Shown: one piece after another, positions 24,924 to 35,682 of the stretch
How the letters are laid out: the number at the start of each line of letters is the position of its first letter
How positions within the stretch are numbered: the first letter of the stretch is position 1
Origin: an uncultured Aliarcobacter sp.
GTDB taxonomy: Bacteria; Campylobacterota; Campylobacteria; Campylobacterales; Arcobacteraceae
DNA: 64,000 bases
Direction of reading: 5' to 3'
NCBI GenBank assembly: GCA_963677435.1
Contig: OY781945.1
Span: 1,152,001 to 1,216,000 of the forward strand
Translations under genes and position numbers: made by a program
Notes under the pieces: model-generated
What the model was told of the DNA's origin: nothing
Databases searched by the model: none
What the model saw: the letters and a program-made list of their open reading frames with translations, nothing else

Positions 24924-25301
24924 ATGGATACAATTAGATTATCAATAGTTACACCTAATGGAGAAATATTTAATGATGATGTAAAAACTGTAACTCTCCC
25001 TGGAAAAGAGGGTGAGTTCGGTGTCCTACCTGGACACTCATCATTAATTTCTTCATTAACAGTTGGTGTAATTGTTATCGAAAAAGCAAATTCTACTGAA
25101 GCAGTTGCTATTAACTGGGGACATGTTAAAGTAGATGAAAAATCTGTTGATGTATTAGCTGATGGAGCTATTGCGTTAACTGCTGGAAATGACTCTGAAA
25201 TTGCTAAGAATATTGAAGCTGCAAAAGTATTAGTAAATTCAGTGAAAGATTCAAATATTTCTGTTGCTTCAGTTGAAGCAAAAATCAACTCATTCGCGTA
25301 A
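24924..25301 (+). CDS. atpC: ATP synthase epsilon subunit
   Basis: IVTP, GEFGVLPGH. Confidence 0.97.
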   Translation: MDTIRLSIVTPNGEIFNDDVKTVTLPGKEGEFGVLPGHSSLISSLTVGVIVIEKANSTEAVAINWGHVKVDEKSVDVLADGAIALTAGNDSEIAKNIEAAKVLVNSVKDSNISVASVEAKINSFA

Positions 25302-25305
25302 AAGC

Positions 25306-25866
25306 ATGATTACTACAATACTAAATTATTTGGCAAATAGTGGTGCTATAACTTATATAGTTTTAGCACTTTTGTCAATTTATCTAATCATTACAATTTG
25401 GATTTTCTTTTATAGATATTTTGCTGTTACTGCACTAATTAGAAATGAAGTTAGCTCTTTAGAGGGTTTAACATCAAGAGAAGCTAGATTCTCATCATTA
25501 TCTGCTTTAAATAAATGTACTAATAACCTTGCTTCAAAAGAGTTATTATATGCATGTGAAATAAATATAATTAAAGATGCTAGTTCAGGAATTTCTTGGT
25601 TAGCAATTATTTCATCAACATCACCATTTATTGGTCTTTTTGGTACTGTTATTGGAATATTAGAGTCGTTTGCAAAATTTGCAAATCAATCAAAAGTTGC
25701 TTTTTCTATTATTGCACCAGCAATAAGTGAAGCATTAGTTGCAACAGCAGCGGGTATTTTTGTTGCTATATTTGCTTATACATTTCATCAAATACTTTCA
25801 AGAAAAATTTATGAGTTAAATATATATCTTAAGGCGCAATCGCAAATTTTAATTGCTAAGGGTTAA
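25306..25866 (+). CDS. tolQ: TolQ/ExbB family proton channel
   Basis: SPFIGLFGTVIGI, IAPAISEALVATAAG; ATG at 25306 preferred. Confidence 0.88.
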   Translation: MITTILNYLANSGAITYIVLALLSIYLIITIWIFFYRYFAVTALIRNEVSSLEGLTSREARFSSLSALNKCTNNLASKELLYACEINIIKDASSGISWLAIISSTSPFIGLFGTVIGILESFAKFANQSKVAFSIIAPAISEALVATAAGIFVAIFAYTFHQILSRKIYELNIYLKAQSQILIAKG

Positions 25867-25870
25867 TATC

Positions 25871-26260
25871 GTGTATGATTTTAATGATAAACCTGATTTA
25901 AATATTACACCCTTAGTTGATATTATGCTAGTTTTACTAGCCATATTAATGGTTACTGCACCAGTTATTGAGTTTGAAGAACCTATAAATCTTCCAAGTG
26001 GGAGTAAATCACAACAAGTACAAGATTTTCAAAAAATTGATATTATTATTACTAAAGATAGAGTAGTTACACTTAATAAAAATAAAGTAGATATAGCTAA
26101 TTTTCCTGATAGTTTTCTTCTATTTGCAAATGGAAAAGATCAAAATACTCCAATACATATAAGAGCTGACAAAGAATTGAAGTATGATGATATAATTTTT
26201 GTTTTAAAATCAGTTAAAGAAGCTGGTTTTTTCAAAGTTGCACTAGTAACTGATGGATAA
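25871..26260 (+). CDS. tolR: TolR/ExbD family protein
   Basis: LNITPLVDIMLVLL, IRAD; probable GTG start at 25871. Confidence 0.88.
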   Translation: MYDFNDKPDLNITPLVDIMLVLLAILMVTAPVIEFEEPINLPSGSKSQQVQDFQKIDIIITKDRVVTLNKNKVDIANFPDSFLLFANGKDQNTPIHIRADKELKYDDIIFVLKSVKEAGFFKVALVTDG

Positions 26261-26263
26261 TAA

Positions 26264-26995
26264 ATGCAAAATAATTTTTCGTTTATACTTTCAGGTATAA
26301 TAGCATTTTCATTTTATGCTTTAATGTGTTTTTTGTTGTTTTTTTATATAGCTAGTCCAACTCCAAAAACTTTTAATATTAAGCCTACATCTACAACGAT
26401 AGAGCTTGATATGATTGTTGAAAAAGCTGAAAAAAAGATGGTTGAAAAGAAAACAGAAAAAATTATAGAAAAAGAAGAAGTGAAAGAAAAAGAGACATCA
26501 GTTTCAAATGAAAAAAGACCTGATTTAAAATCTTTATTTGCAAATGTAAAAGAAAAAGCAACAAATGTAGCAAAACAAGAGGTTAATAATGTTGAAAAAT
26601 CAATTGACCCTAAAAGATTTAAATCAAAATTCGAAAAAGAGAAGAAATCTTCTAATATAACTATTGATAAATTATTGGAAGATGAAAAAACAGCATCTAA
26701 TTCGAAAAGTAAAAATGCTAATAAAGGTGAAGAGAGTGATGATTATTTCTCACAAATTGACGAAATGTTATCAGCTTGGATGCCAACAACAAGAGAGCCA
26801 GGTTTAAAGGCTGTTGTTTTAGTTATGATTGATTTAAATGGTAGGTTTGATTACCGTTTTGTTACAAATTCAGGAAATGAAACTTTTGATACATCTTTAA
26901 GGAATTTTTTGGAAGAACAAAAAAATATTGTTTATCCAATACCTACTAAAAATAAAGATGTAAGAATTAATGTTGATTTCAAATCAGAAGGATAA
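26264..26995 (+). CDS. TolA/TonB-like energy transducer
   Basis: N-terminal TM, Lys/Glu-rich linker, TonB-C-like end (SGNETFD); between tolR and tolB. Confidence 0.75.
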   Translation: MQNNFSFILSGIIAFSFYALMCFLLFFYIASPTPKTFNIKPTSTTIELDMIVEKAEKKMVEKKTEKIIEKEEVKEKETSVSNEKRPDLKSLFANVKEKATNVAKQEVNNVEKSIDPKRFKSKFEKEKKSSNITIDKLLEDEKTASNSKSKNANKGEESDDYFSQIDEMLSAWMPTTREPGLKAVVLVMIDLNGRFDYRFVTNSGNETFDTSLRNFLEEQKNIVYPIPTKNKDVRINVDFKSEG

Positions 26996-27000
26996 AATAT

Positions 27001-28272
27001 ATGTATAAAATATTATTATTAATATCATTGGTATTTAGTTCAGTTTTTGCACAAGTTGATGCAAATTTAGAAATAGTTAAAAAAGCTACTTCATTACCGA
27101 AAATTTTAGTTTCAGTTTCTACTGATACAGGAGAAATTGAAACTTTAGGTAGAATAAAAAAAAGCTTAGCAGATGATTTATCTGTAAGTGGTCATTTTGA
27201 AGTAGTTAATGTAAATAGTCAGACAGCTTATGGAAGTATGCCTGATCTTATTAGTTTATCAAATCAAGGTGTTGATTTATATTTAAATCTATCAGCATCT
27301 AAAGAGTCAAATGGTTCTTATACTTTAATGACAAAACTTTTTGATATGAATTCTAAAGTACTTATTTTAGAAAAAAATTTTACAACAACTCAAGAAGATA
27401 GATTTGTTTTTCTAGCTCATAAAGCTGCAATTTCAATAAATGATTTTTTCAAAGCACCAAGTATTTCATGGATGGAAAAATTTGTAGTATTTTCAACTTA
27501 CACAAGTTCAGGTAAAGCTGATATTATGATTGGAGATTATACTTTAACTTATAAGAAGACAGTTGTTTCTGGTGGATTAAATATTTTCCCAAAATGGGCT
27601 GATGCAGAACAAAAAACTATTTACTATACTACTTATAATTATGATAAACCAACTTTAGTTAAGTTAAATATTTATAATAGAAGTAAAGAGACGATAATGC
27701 AATCAGATGGAATGTTAGCTTGTTCTGATGTTAACGCAGATGGAACTAAGTTATTAGTTACAGCATCACCTAATGGACAACCAGATATATTCTTATATAA
27801 TACTAGGACAAAAAGTAAAACTCAAATCACTAAATATAGTGGAATTGATGTGGGTGGACATTTTATTGAAAATGATTCAAGAATTGTATTTGTATCTGAT
27901 AGATTAGGAAATCCAAACATCTTTGCACAAGGAATTAATTCATCTTCAGTTGAAAGATTAGTATATCACAGTAATAATAACTCTTCAGCAACTGCTTTTG
28001 GAAATAATATTGTATATAGTAGTAAAGATTCTACAAATGAATTAGGAGATAAAAGCTTTAACTTGTACTTAATATCAACTAAGTCAGATAATATGAAAAG
28101 ATTAACATCAAGTGGTATAAATCAGTTCCCTAAATTTTCAGGTGATGGTGAAACATTACTATATATAAAAACATTTGGTGGATCAAGTTCAATAGGAATT
28201 ATTAGATTAGCGTATAGTAAATCATTTTTATTTCCATTAAATGGTAAGAGAATTCAATCTATAGATTGGTAA
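27001..28272 (+). CDS. tolB: Tol-Pal periplasmic protein TolB
   Basis: Signal peptide, beta-propeller repeats (IVFVSDRLG, PKFSGDG), ends in DW. Confidence 0.92.
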   Translation: MYKILLLISLVFSSVFAQVDANLEIVKKATSLPKILVSVSTDTGEIETLGRIKKSLADDLSVSGHFEVVNVNSQTAYGSMPDLISLSNQGVDLYLNLSASKESNGSYTLMTKLFDMNSKVLILEKNFTTTQEDRFVFLAHKAAISINDFFKAPSISWMEKFVVFSTYTSSGKADIMIGDYTLTYKKTVVSGGLNIFPKWADAEQKTIYYTTYNYDKPTLVKLNIYNRSKETIMQSDGMLACSDVNADGTKLLVTASPNGQPDIFLYNTRTKSKTQITKYSGIDVGGHFIENDSRIVFVSDRLGNPNIFAQGINSSSVERLVYHSNNNSSATAFGNNIVYSSKDSTNELGDKSFNLYLISTKSDNMKRLTSSGINQFPKFSGDGETLLYIKTFGGSSSIGIIRLAYSKSFLFPLNGKRIQSIDW

Positions 28273-29003
28273 TTCTAAGAAAAATCACTATTATTACAAG
28301 TGTTTTATAGATTTTTTATAAAGCCTTGTAGTAATATTTATTCAAATTTTTATATTTTTACTTCCAAAAACTTCAATTTCTTATTTAAATTTTACTTATC
28401 TCAATTAATTTTATTGTTTATTTCATTAAATTTATTATCTTCTATTAATAAATATTAACAATTTTTATAGTTTATGTTTTCAAATAATATAGTAAATAAT
28501 ATATTATTCTTTTAAACTTTTAAGTTAGGAATGCATGTATAAAAAATAGGAATTTATAAAATATATTTTAAAAGTCATTATTACAATTATGAGCTTAAAA
28601 CAATAGTTTTAAAATAGTAAAGGTATTGTACACAATAAGTAATATTCTCTTTAGAATCAATTAGAAATCATTTGTTATATAATTTGTTTTATTTTTCTTG
28701 AAAAATAGCCATGTTTTATAAAAATATTATTTTTTTTGTCTTTATTTACACAATAAAAATATCCCAAATTATGGTAAGTTTATACTAATATTATTAGATA
28801 AATTGACAATTTATTTTGATAATATTAATTATAAAAGATATCTTATTTATTTAATTATAATTAAAAAAAACAAACAATTTTAAATATAAATTTTGTGTTT
28901 TTGAAAAATTATATTTATCTAAGAATATATTTTATTTTTATAAACAATAATTAAGGTTCTCTCTTGTATTATTTCAGCAAATTTTTATTTCAAGGACAAA
29001 ATT

Positions 29004-29543
29004 ATGAAAAAATTAGGTGTTTATTCTTTATTAGTTGCGGCAATGTTATTCTCTACTGGTTGTAGTGAAAAAAATGCTGATATGAATGTTGACAATACTG
29101 CTCCAGTTGCTGAAGCTGCAAGTACTACTGATTCAAATATGGCTGATGGTAGCTTTTCTGCTTTAGAAAAAGCTGCAAATGGTAACTATTATATGATCAA
29201 TGGTCAAAAAGTTTTAATTGAGCATGTATATTTTGGATTTGACAAATATAACTTAACTGCTGATAACAAAGATAAAGCAGTTTCTAATGCTTCTAAATTA
29301 TCTGCATTAACTGCTGATACAACTGTAACAGTTTCTGGTAACACAGATGAGTGGGGATCAGATGAGTATAACTACGCATTAGGTTTAAAAAGAGCTAACT
29401 CTGTTAAAGATGTTTTAGTTGCTAATGGTGTAACTGCAAATGTTGCATTAGTTTCTTTAGGTGAAAGTTCTCCAGTTTGTACTGAAAAAACTAAAGAATG
29501 TTGGGCAAAAAACAGAAGAGTTGAACACGAATTAAGCAAATAA
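29004..29543 (+). CDS. pal: Peptidoglycan-associated lipoprotein (OmpA domain)
   Basis: Lipobox STGC, YFGFDKY, GNTDEWGSDEYNYALG, NRRV. Confidence 0.93.
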   Translation: MKKLGVYSLLVAAMLFSTGCSEKNADMNVDNTAPVAEAASTTDSNMADGSFSALEKAANGNYYMINGQKVLIEHVYFGFDKYNLTADNKDKAVSNASKLSALTADTTVTVSGNTDEWGSDEYNYALGLKRANSVKDVLVANGVTANVALVSLGESSPVCTEKTKECWAKNRRVEHELSK

Positions 29544-29548
29544 TTTCA

Positions 29549-30535
29549 ATGACTAAGTATCTTCTATCTTTTTTTATAGCAAGTTCTTTAACCGTAGCCG
29601 TAGCCGAAGAGGTTTCGGTCTATGGTTCGAGTGATTCAAGTGGGAATAGTTCTTACGGACTAACTTCTTCTGAAAAACATATCTTGAAAAATCAAGCAAG
29701 CATCAATAATCTAACATCTAAAATGGGAGATGTAAATTCTTTACTTGAATCTATTAAAACAAGGTTAGAAGGCTTAGAATCTACATATGAAGGTGATTCT
29801 GCAAAATTAAATTCTACTTCAAGAAAAGTGGATGATTTAGCGCAGAAAATAGGTCTATCTTCAGATTTAGGTTCTAACAATTCTTCATCAACTCAAGGTA
29901 ATAATACTGAATTATCTGACACAGTTAATGGTTTAAAAGTCGCACTAACAAAATTAACAACATTAGTTAATAAAATTAATTCTGAATATGTTTCTTCTAA
30001 TGAATTAAAAAACAATATGGATCAATTTGTAACAAGAGAAGAGTTTGAAGCTTTAAAAAAAGCTGCAGGAATAAAAACTTCTCAAGTTAAAGCATCAACA
30101 AAATTAGATACAAATAAAGCTGGTATTGAAGATGATAAAAAAGATGAAATATCTGTAAAAAATTTAACATCTACTGATAAAGCAAATTTATTAAATGATT
30201 TAAAAAAAGATTTTGAGGCTAAAAATTACGATTCATCTGCTCAAAAATGTGATAAACTGCTTGAAGCAAATTATAAACCAGCAGAAGTTAACTTCTATAT
30301 GGCACAAAATTGGTATATGAGAAAAAAGTATGATGTTGCAATAAGTCATTATAAAAAATCTGCTATTCTAAATGATAAAGCAGCTTATATGCCAACATTA
30401 TTATTGCATAGTGCTATTTCATTTGAAAAAACAAAAGATAAAGATAATGCAAAAAGTTTTTATAGTACTTTAGTTGATCTTTATCCTAATTCAAGTGAAG
30501 CAAAAGTAGCAAAACAAAATTTAGCTAAATTATAA
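29549..30535 (+). CDS. CpoB/YbgF-like coiled-coil TPR protein
   Basis: Signal peptide, coiled coil, C-terminal TPR (YPNSSEA); follows pal. Confidence 0.8.
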   Translation: MTKYLLSFFIASSLTVAVAEEVSVYGSSDSSGNSSYGLTSSEKHILKNQASINNLTSKMGDVNSLLESIKTRLEGLESTYEGDSAKLNSTSRKVDDLAQKIGLSSDLGSNNSSSTQGNNTELSDTVNGLKVALTKLTTLVNKINSEYVSSNELKNNMDQFVTREEFEALKKAAGIKTSQVKASTKLDTNKAGIEDDKKDEISVKNLTSTDKANLLNDLKKDFEAKNYDSSAQKCDKLLEANYKPAEVNFYMAQNWYMRKKYDVAISHYKKSAILNDKAAYMPTLLLHSAISFEKTKDKDNAKSFYSTLVDLYPNSSEAKVAKQNLAKL

Positions 30536-30558
30536 TAATTATTAAATAAGGAAAAAAC

Positions 30559-31134
30559 ATGTCAAAAGTAATAGGTATTGAATATACATTAAAAGATGCA
30601 AAAACTGGTGAGCAATTAGATACAAATGTTGGTCAAGCTCCTTTAGAATTTATTTCAGGAAAAGGTCAAATCATTCCAGGTCTTGAGTCAAAATTAGTTG
30701 AAATGTCTGCAAATGAAGAAGCAGATGTTTTAGTTCAACCTGTTGATGCTTATGGTGAATACAATGAAGAAGCTATTCAAGTTTTACCAAAAGAGCAATT
30801 TGCTGGTATTGAATTAGTTGAAGGTATGTCTTTATATGGAAATGGTGAACATGGTGAAACTGTACAAGTTGTAGTTAAATCTTTTACTGATACTGATGTA
30901 ACAATTGATTATAATCATCCAATGGCTGGTAAAACTTTAATGTTCTCAGTAGCAATTTTATCTTTAAGAGATGCAACTGAAGAAGAAGTTCAAACAGGTG
31001 TTGTTGGTGGAATGGCTGCTATGGGTGGTGGTTGTTGTGGTGGCGGAGGTCACTCTCATGGTGGTGGTTCTTGTGGAACTGAAGATAAAGGTCATGATCA
31101 TGGACATTCTCACGGTGGTTGTGGTTGTCACTAA
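30559..31134 (+). CDS. slyD: FKBP-type peptidyl-prolyl isomerase SlyD
   Basis: IIPGLE, DYNHPMAG, His/Cys/Gly-rich tail. Confidence 0.95.
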   Translation: MSKVIGIEYTLKDAKTGEQLDTNVGQAPLEFISGKGQIIPGLESKLVEMSANEEADVLVQPVDAYGEYNEEAIQVLPKEQFAGIELVEGMSLYGNGEHGETVQVVVKSFTDTDVTIDYNHPMAGKTLMFSVAILSLRDATEEEVQTGVVGGMAAMGGGCCGGGGHSHGGGSCGTEDKGHDHGHSHGGCGCH

Positions 31135-31272
31135 TACTTTCTTTTTAAAAAGATATTATTTTTTGCCCGAGTGTATTCTTACATTTGGGCAAAATTATTT
31201 TTTAGGGTTATGTATTTTAACTTTAAAAAATGGTTTTATTAAAATTAATTAATTTATAAAGAGGTGTTTACA

Positions 31273-32202
31273 ATGAAAAAAGTTGCTTTTATTTTTCCTG
31301 GACAAGGAAGTCAAACTATAGGTATGGGAAAAGATTTTTTTGATAATAGTGATATAGCAAAAGTAATGATTTCAAAAGCTAGTGAGAGATTAGGAATTGA
31401 CTTTGAAAAACTTTTATTTGAAGAGAATGAAAATATTGGAAAAACAGAATTTACTCAACCTGCTATTTTATTAGTTAGCTCTATTGCAAATGCTATTTTT
31501 AAAGAGAAATGTGACATTACACCTACATTTGTTTTAGGACATTCCTTAGGTGAATTTTCTGCTTTAGTATCAGCAGGTGGAATTGATTATTTAGATGCCA
31601 TTGAATTAGTTCATAAAAGAGGTTTATTTATGACTGATGCTTGTTCTGGTGGTGGAGCTGGAATGATGGCATTAGTTGGAATTGATGATGCAAGTGTTGA
31701 AAAAATTTGTGATGAGCAAAGATCTTTAGGTAAAAAAGTATGGCCAGCAAATTATAATATGGATGGACAATTAGTTCTTGCAGGTATTAAAGCAGATTTA
31801 GAATCATTAGTTGATACATTTAAAACAGCTGGTGCTAAAAGAGCAATTGTTTTAGATATGTCAGTAGCAAGTCACTGTGAATTATTAACAAGTGCCGTTG
31901 AAAACTTAAATCCATATTTAGAAAAATTTATAAAAGATGAATTTGCTCCTGTTATTTCAAATGTAACGGCACAAGCATATACAACAAAAGCTGAAGCAAT
32001 TAAATTATTATCTGCTCAACTTACTAGTCCTGTAAAATACAAACAATCTATTATTGCATTTGAAAATGATGTAGATTTATTTATTGAATTTGGAAATGGT
32101 GCTGTTTTAAAAGGTTTAAATAAAAAAATTACAAAAGTAGCAACAACAAATGTTTCAGATATGAAATCACTTGAAAGTGTAATAGGAGAATTAAATGACT
32201 AA
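31273..32202 (+). CDS. fabD: Malonyl-CoA-ACP transacylase
   Basis: FPGQGSQ, TQPAI, GHSLGE; start GTG 31264 or ATG 31273. Confidence 0.97.
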   Translation: MKKVAFIFPGQGSQTIGMGKDFFDNSDIAKVMISKASERLGIDFEKLLFEENENIGKTEFTQPAILLVSSIANAIFKEKCDITPTFVLGHSLGEFSALVSAGGIDYLDAIELVHKRGLFMTDACSGGGAGMMALVGIDDASVEKICDEQRSLGKKVWPANYNMDGQLVLAGIKADLESLVDTFKTAGAKRAIVLDMSVASHCELLTSAVENLNPYLEKFIKDEFAPVISNVTAQAYTTKAEAIKLLSAQLTSPVKYKQSIIAFENDVDLFIEFGNGAVLKGLNKKITKVATTNVSDMKSLESVIGELND

Positions 32203-32890
32203 ATTAGCAATTATGGGAGCGATGGAAGAGGAAATTGAACCTCTTTTATCATATTTTGAAAATGTAAATACAGTTGAATTTGCAAACAATAAATATTATG
32301 AAGTAAATTACGATGGTTTAGAAATTGTAATTGCATATTCAAAAATTGGAAAAGTATTCGCTAGCTTAACAGCTGCAACTATGATTGAAAAATTTGGATG
32401 TGATACTCTTTTATTTTCAGGAGTTGCAGGTGGAATTAATCCAGAACTTGAAATTGGGGATTTAATAATTGCTGATAAATTATGTCAACATGACTTAGAT
32501 ATCACAGCCTTTGGTCATCCAAATGGATATGTTCCTGGTGGAAAAGTTTTTGTTGAAACTACGGAAGAATTAAGAACAATTGCAAAAAAAGTTGCAGTTG
32601 AGAATAATTTAAAAGTTATTGAGGGAACTATTGCAACTGGAGATCAGTTTGTACATTCAAGTGAGCGAAAAGGATTTATTCAAAATACTTTTAATGCAGA
32701 TGCTTTAGAAATGGAAGGTGCAAGTGTTGCTGTTGTTTGTGATGCTTTAAATATTCCATTTTTTATTTTAAGAGCAATATCTGATACTGCTGATATGGAT
32801 GCAGGATTTGATTTTGACGAGTTTTTAAAATCGAGTGCAAAAAACTCTGCTGATTACTTAATAAAAATAGTAAAAGAATTAAAAAAATAA
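32195..32890 (+). CDS. mtnN: 5'-methylthioadenosine/S-adenosylhomocysteine nucleosidase
   Basis: GAMEEE, IGKV, ATGDQF, EMEGA, RAISD. Confidence 0.96.
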   Translation: MTKLAIMGAMEEEIEPLLSYFENVNTVEFANNKYYEVNYDGLEIVIAYSKIGKVFASLTAATMIEKFGCDTLLFSGVAGGINPELEIGDLIIADKLCQHDLDITAFGHPNGYVPGGKVFVETTEELRTIAKKVAVENNLKVIEGTIATGDQFVHSSERKGFIQNTFNADALEMEGASVAVVCDALNIPFFILRAISDTADMDAGFDFDEFLKSSAKNSADYLIKIVKELKK

Positions 32891-32900
32891 TTACTACTTC

Positions 32901-32934
32901 AAATAAAAATCGAAATTAATTTCGATTTTTATTT
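32901..32934. terminator. Palindromic terminator-like hairpin after mtnN
   Basis: Perfect inverted repeat AAATAAAAATCGAAAT-TA-ATTTCGATTTTTATTT. Confidence 0.7.
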
Positions 32935-33014
32935 CTTCCTTTAAATTTACTTATTATACACACCTTTTAGACTCTTTGACATGATAAAGTTTGATATTAT
33001 AAAAAGGAGATAAA

Positions 33015-34457
33015 ATGTTTGCAGAAATCAATACATTTCTAAATGATCTTATTTGGGGTAATATATTAATATATGTACTTCCTATTTTAGGAATATTTTT
33101 TACTATTAGTTCTAGATTTGTTCAATTTAGATATTTTTTTAAGATGTTTCATATCTTAAGAGAAACTGTTCATGATAAAGATGGTCACATCAGTTCATTC
33201 CAAGCTTTAATGCTAAGTGTTGCTGGTCGTGTAGGTGGTGGTAATATTGCTGGGGTTGCAGTTGCTATTACACTTGGTGGTCCTGGTGCTGTTTTCTGGA
33301 TGTGGTGTATTGCGCTTGTTGGTATGGCAACAAGCTTTTTTGAGTGTTCTTTAGCTCAATTATATAAAGAAAAAGATGGACTTGACTCTTGTGTTTATAG
33401 AGGGGGACCTGCTTATTATACAACTAAAGCTTTAGGGCAAAGATGGTTAGGAATCATTATTTCTGTTTTATTAATGATTACTTTTGGGTTCGCATTTAAT
33501 GCAACACAATCATTTATCATTTCTACATCATTTGAAGCATCATTTAATTTACCAACTTGGGTAAGTGGAGTTGCTTTAACTATTGTATTTGGTATTACAA
33601 TTTTTGGTGGTGTTAGAAGAATTGCTAAAATGTCTGAGGTTATCGTACCTATTATGGCATTAGGTTATTTATTAATTGCTCTTGTTGTTATTGTTTTAAA
33701 TATTAATGAAATTCCAGGTTTAATTAGCTTAATTGTTTCAGAAGCATTCCATCCAAGTACAGCAATCGCTGGTGGTGTTGGTGCTGTAATTTTACAAGGT
33801 GCAAAAAGAGGTATGTTCTCAAATGAAGCTGGACTAGGAAGTGCACCAAATGTTGCTGCTGTTGCTTATGTTGCTCACCCAGTTCAACAAGGTATTGTTC
33901 AATCATTCTCAGTATTTATTGATACAATTATTTTATGTTCTTGTACAGCCTTTATTATTCTTTTATCAGGTGTTTATACTCCAGGTGTTACGGGTATTCA
34001 AGGGGTATTATTAACTCAAAATGCTTTAATTGAACATATTGGTCCTTTTGGTGGTTACTTTGTTACAGTTGCCTTATTCTTATTTGGTTTCTCTTCAATG
34101 ATTTATAACTACTATTTAGCTGAAAATAGTTTAAATTTCTTTAGTAAAGGAAATGTTACTATATTCAATATCTTTAGAATAGTTTGTATTTTACTTGTTG
34201 TTTGGGGTTCATTCCAAGATTTAAGTTCTATTTTTGCCTTTGCAGATTTAAGTATGGGATTATTAGCAATTATCAATATGGTTGTTATTGCATTATTATA
34301 TAAACCAGTACTTCAATTAATCAGAGGTTATGAAAGACAAATTAAAGAAGGTAAAGTTCCTGTTTTAAGATATAATGACTATACTGAATTTAATATTGAT
34401 AAAGATACATGGAAAGAAATTGTAGATAATATCAATGACAAAAAAAATAAAGACTAA
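33015..34457 (+). CDS. Alanine/glycine:cation symporter family (AGCS) amino-acid transporter
   Basis: ISSFQAL, GNIAGVA, GGPGAVFWMW, RGMFSNEAGLGSAP. Confidence 0.93.
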   Translation: MFAEINTFLNDLIWGNILIYVLPILGIFFTISSRFVQFRYFFKMFHILRETVHDKDGHISSFQALMLSVAGRVGGGNIAGVAVAITLGGPGAVFWMWCIALVGMATSFFECSLAQLYKEKDGLDSCVYRGGPAYYTTKALGQRWLGIIISVLLMITFGFAFNATQSFIISTSFEASFNLPTWVSGVALTIVFGITIFGGVRRIAKMSEVIVPIMALGYLLIALVVIVLNINEIPGLISLIVSEAFHPSTAIAGGVGAVILQGAKRGMFSNEAGLGSAPNVAAVAYVAHPVQQGIVQSFSVFIDTIILCSCTAFIILLSGVYTPGVTGIQGVLLTQNALIEHIGPFGGYFVTVALFLFGFSSMIYNYYLAENSLNFFSKGNVTIFNIFRIVCILLVVWGSFQDLSSIFAFADLSMGLLAIINMVVIALLYKPVLQLIRGYERQIKEGKVPVLRYNDYTEFNIDKDTWKEIVDNINDKKNKD

Positions 34458-34476
34458 GAATTTTTCTTAGTCTTTA
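34448..34476 (+). terminator. Hairpin terminator overlapping symporter stop
   Basis: TAAAGACTAAGAA / TTCTTAGTCTTTA inverted repeat. Confidence 0.65.
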
Positions 34477-34554
34477 ATCTTTGAAAATAGATATTTGAAA
34501 AGTTTTAAGTAATATTTAGAGATGATTCAATTAAGATATTATCAAAGGTTCTTT

Positions 34555-35679
34555 ATGTTTAACAAAGAAGGTATTCCTTTTTTTACTACTATTATGCCAT
34601 TCTTAAGCATACTATTCATTACATTTTTATCTATTTCATACTATTACAAACTCTCTAATGAAACTTTTAATGAAGATATTAATGAATATAAAAAATTATA
34701 TTTAACTCATACTTATGATAATAAACAGTTGGATTTATTAATTGAGAAAAAAATGGAACAACATAAAAAAAATGAAAATACTTTCAAAAATTTCATGTAT
34801 GTTGTAATGACAATTTTTATCTCTTTTATGATACTTTTTTCTTTTCTTATGATGTCAATTATCAAAGATGTAGTGAAAAAATATAAAAAACAAGTTCAAA
34901 ATCGAGAAGATGAACTTAAAGCTTTAAATGACACATTATTTATGAAAGTTGAATGTGGTATTCAAGAAGCAAAACAAAAAGATAAAAAGATACTAGAGCA
35001 AGCAAAACTTGCAAGAATTGGTTCAATGATTAGTATGATAGCTCATCAATGGCGACAGCCACTTAGTGAATTGTCTGGAATTTTAATGGAACTAGAAACT
35101 GCAACAAGATTTAAAAAAGTTGATGAAAATCACATTTTAACTGCAATTGAGAAAAGTGATAAAATGATTGATTTTATGTCAAATACAATAGATGACTTTA
35201 GAAATTTCTATAAACCTGATAAAATTAAAGAAGAGTTTTTAGTTTCACTTGCTTGTTCAAAAGCAATTAATATTATTGATGCAACTTTAAAAAATCTAGG
35301 TATTAAACTAAATATCAATATAAATAAAGATAAAAAGATATATGGTTATCCTACAGAATTTTCTCAAGTTATTTTAAATATCTTAAGTAATGCAAAAGAT
35401 ATTTTAGTTGAGAGAAATATAAAATATCCAGTAATAGATATAAATATTGATATAAAAGGAATACTATCTGTTATTGAAATATCAGATAATGCAGGTGGAA
35501 TAAAAGAAGAAAATTTAGAAATCATTTTTGATCCTTATTTTAGTACAAAAGAATCATCAAAAGGAACAGGACTAGGACTTTATATTTCAAAACTTATAAT
35601 TGAACGAAATATGGGCGGAGAATTAAGTATTTATAATAATCAAGATGGTGCAGTTTTCAAAATCGTAATAGCAGGATAA
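34555..35679 (+). CDS. Membrane sensor histidine kinase
   Basis: Two TM helices, IAHQWRQPL H-box, DNAGGI, GTGLGL; ATG 34555 has AAAGG RBS (ORF open from 34522). Confidence 0.92.
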   Translation: MFNKEGIPFFTTIMPFLSILFITFLSISYYYKLSNETFNEDINEYKKLYLTHTYDNKQLDLLIEKKMEQHKKNENTFKNFMYVVMTIFISFMILFSFLMMSIIKDVVKKYKKQVQNREDELKALNDTLFMKVECGIQEAKQKDKKILEQAKLARIGSMISMIAHQWRQPLSELSGILMELETATRFKKVDENHILTAIEKSDKMIDFMSNTIDDFRNFYKPDKIKEEFLVSLACSKAINIIDATLKNLGIKLNININKDKKIYGYPTEFSQVILNILSNAKDILVERNIKYPVIDINIDIKGILSVIEISDNAGGIKEENLEIIFDPYFSTKESSKGTGLGLYISKLIIERNMGGELSIYNNQDGAVFKIVIAG

Positions 35680-35682
35680 GAT

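Noticed and set aside
28273..29003. Replication origin in the AT-rich tolB-pal spacer
   Set aside because: No cluster of DnaA boxes (TTATCCACA-like) seen and no dnaA/dnaN nearby.
31020..31134. GGT/CAT-rich low-complexity stretch as a repeat element
   Set aside because: Encodes the normal Gly/His/Cys metal-binding tail of SlyD.
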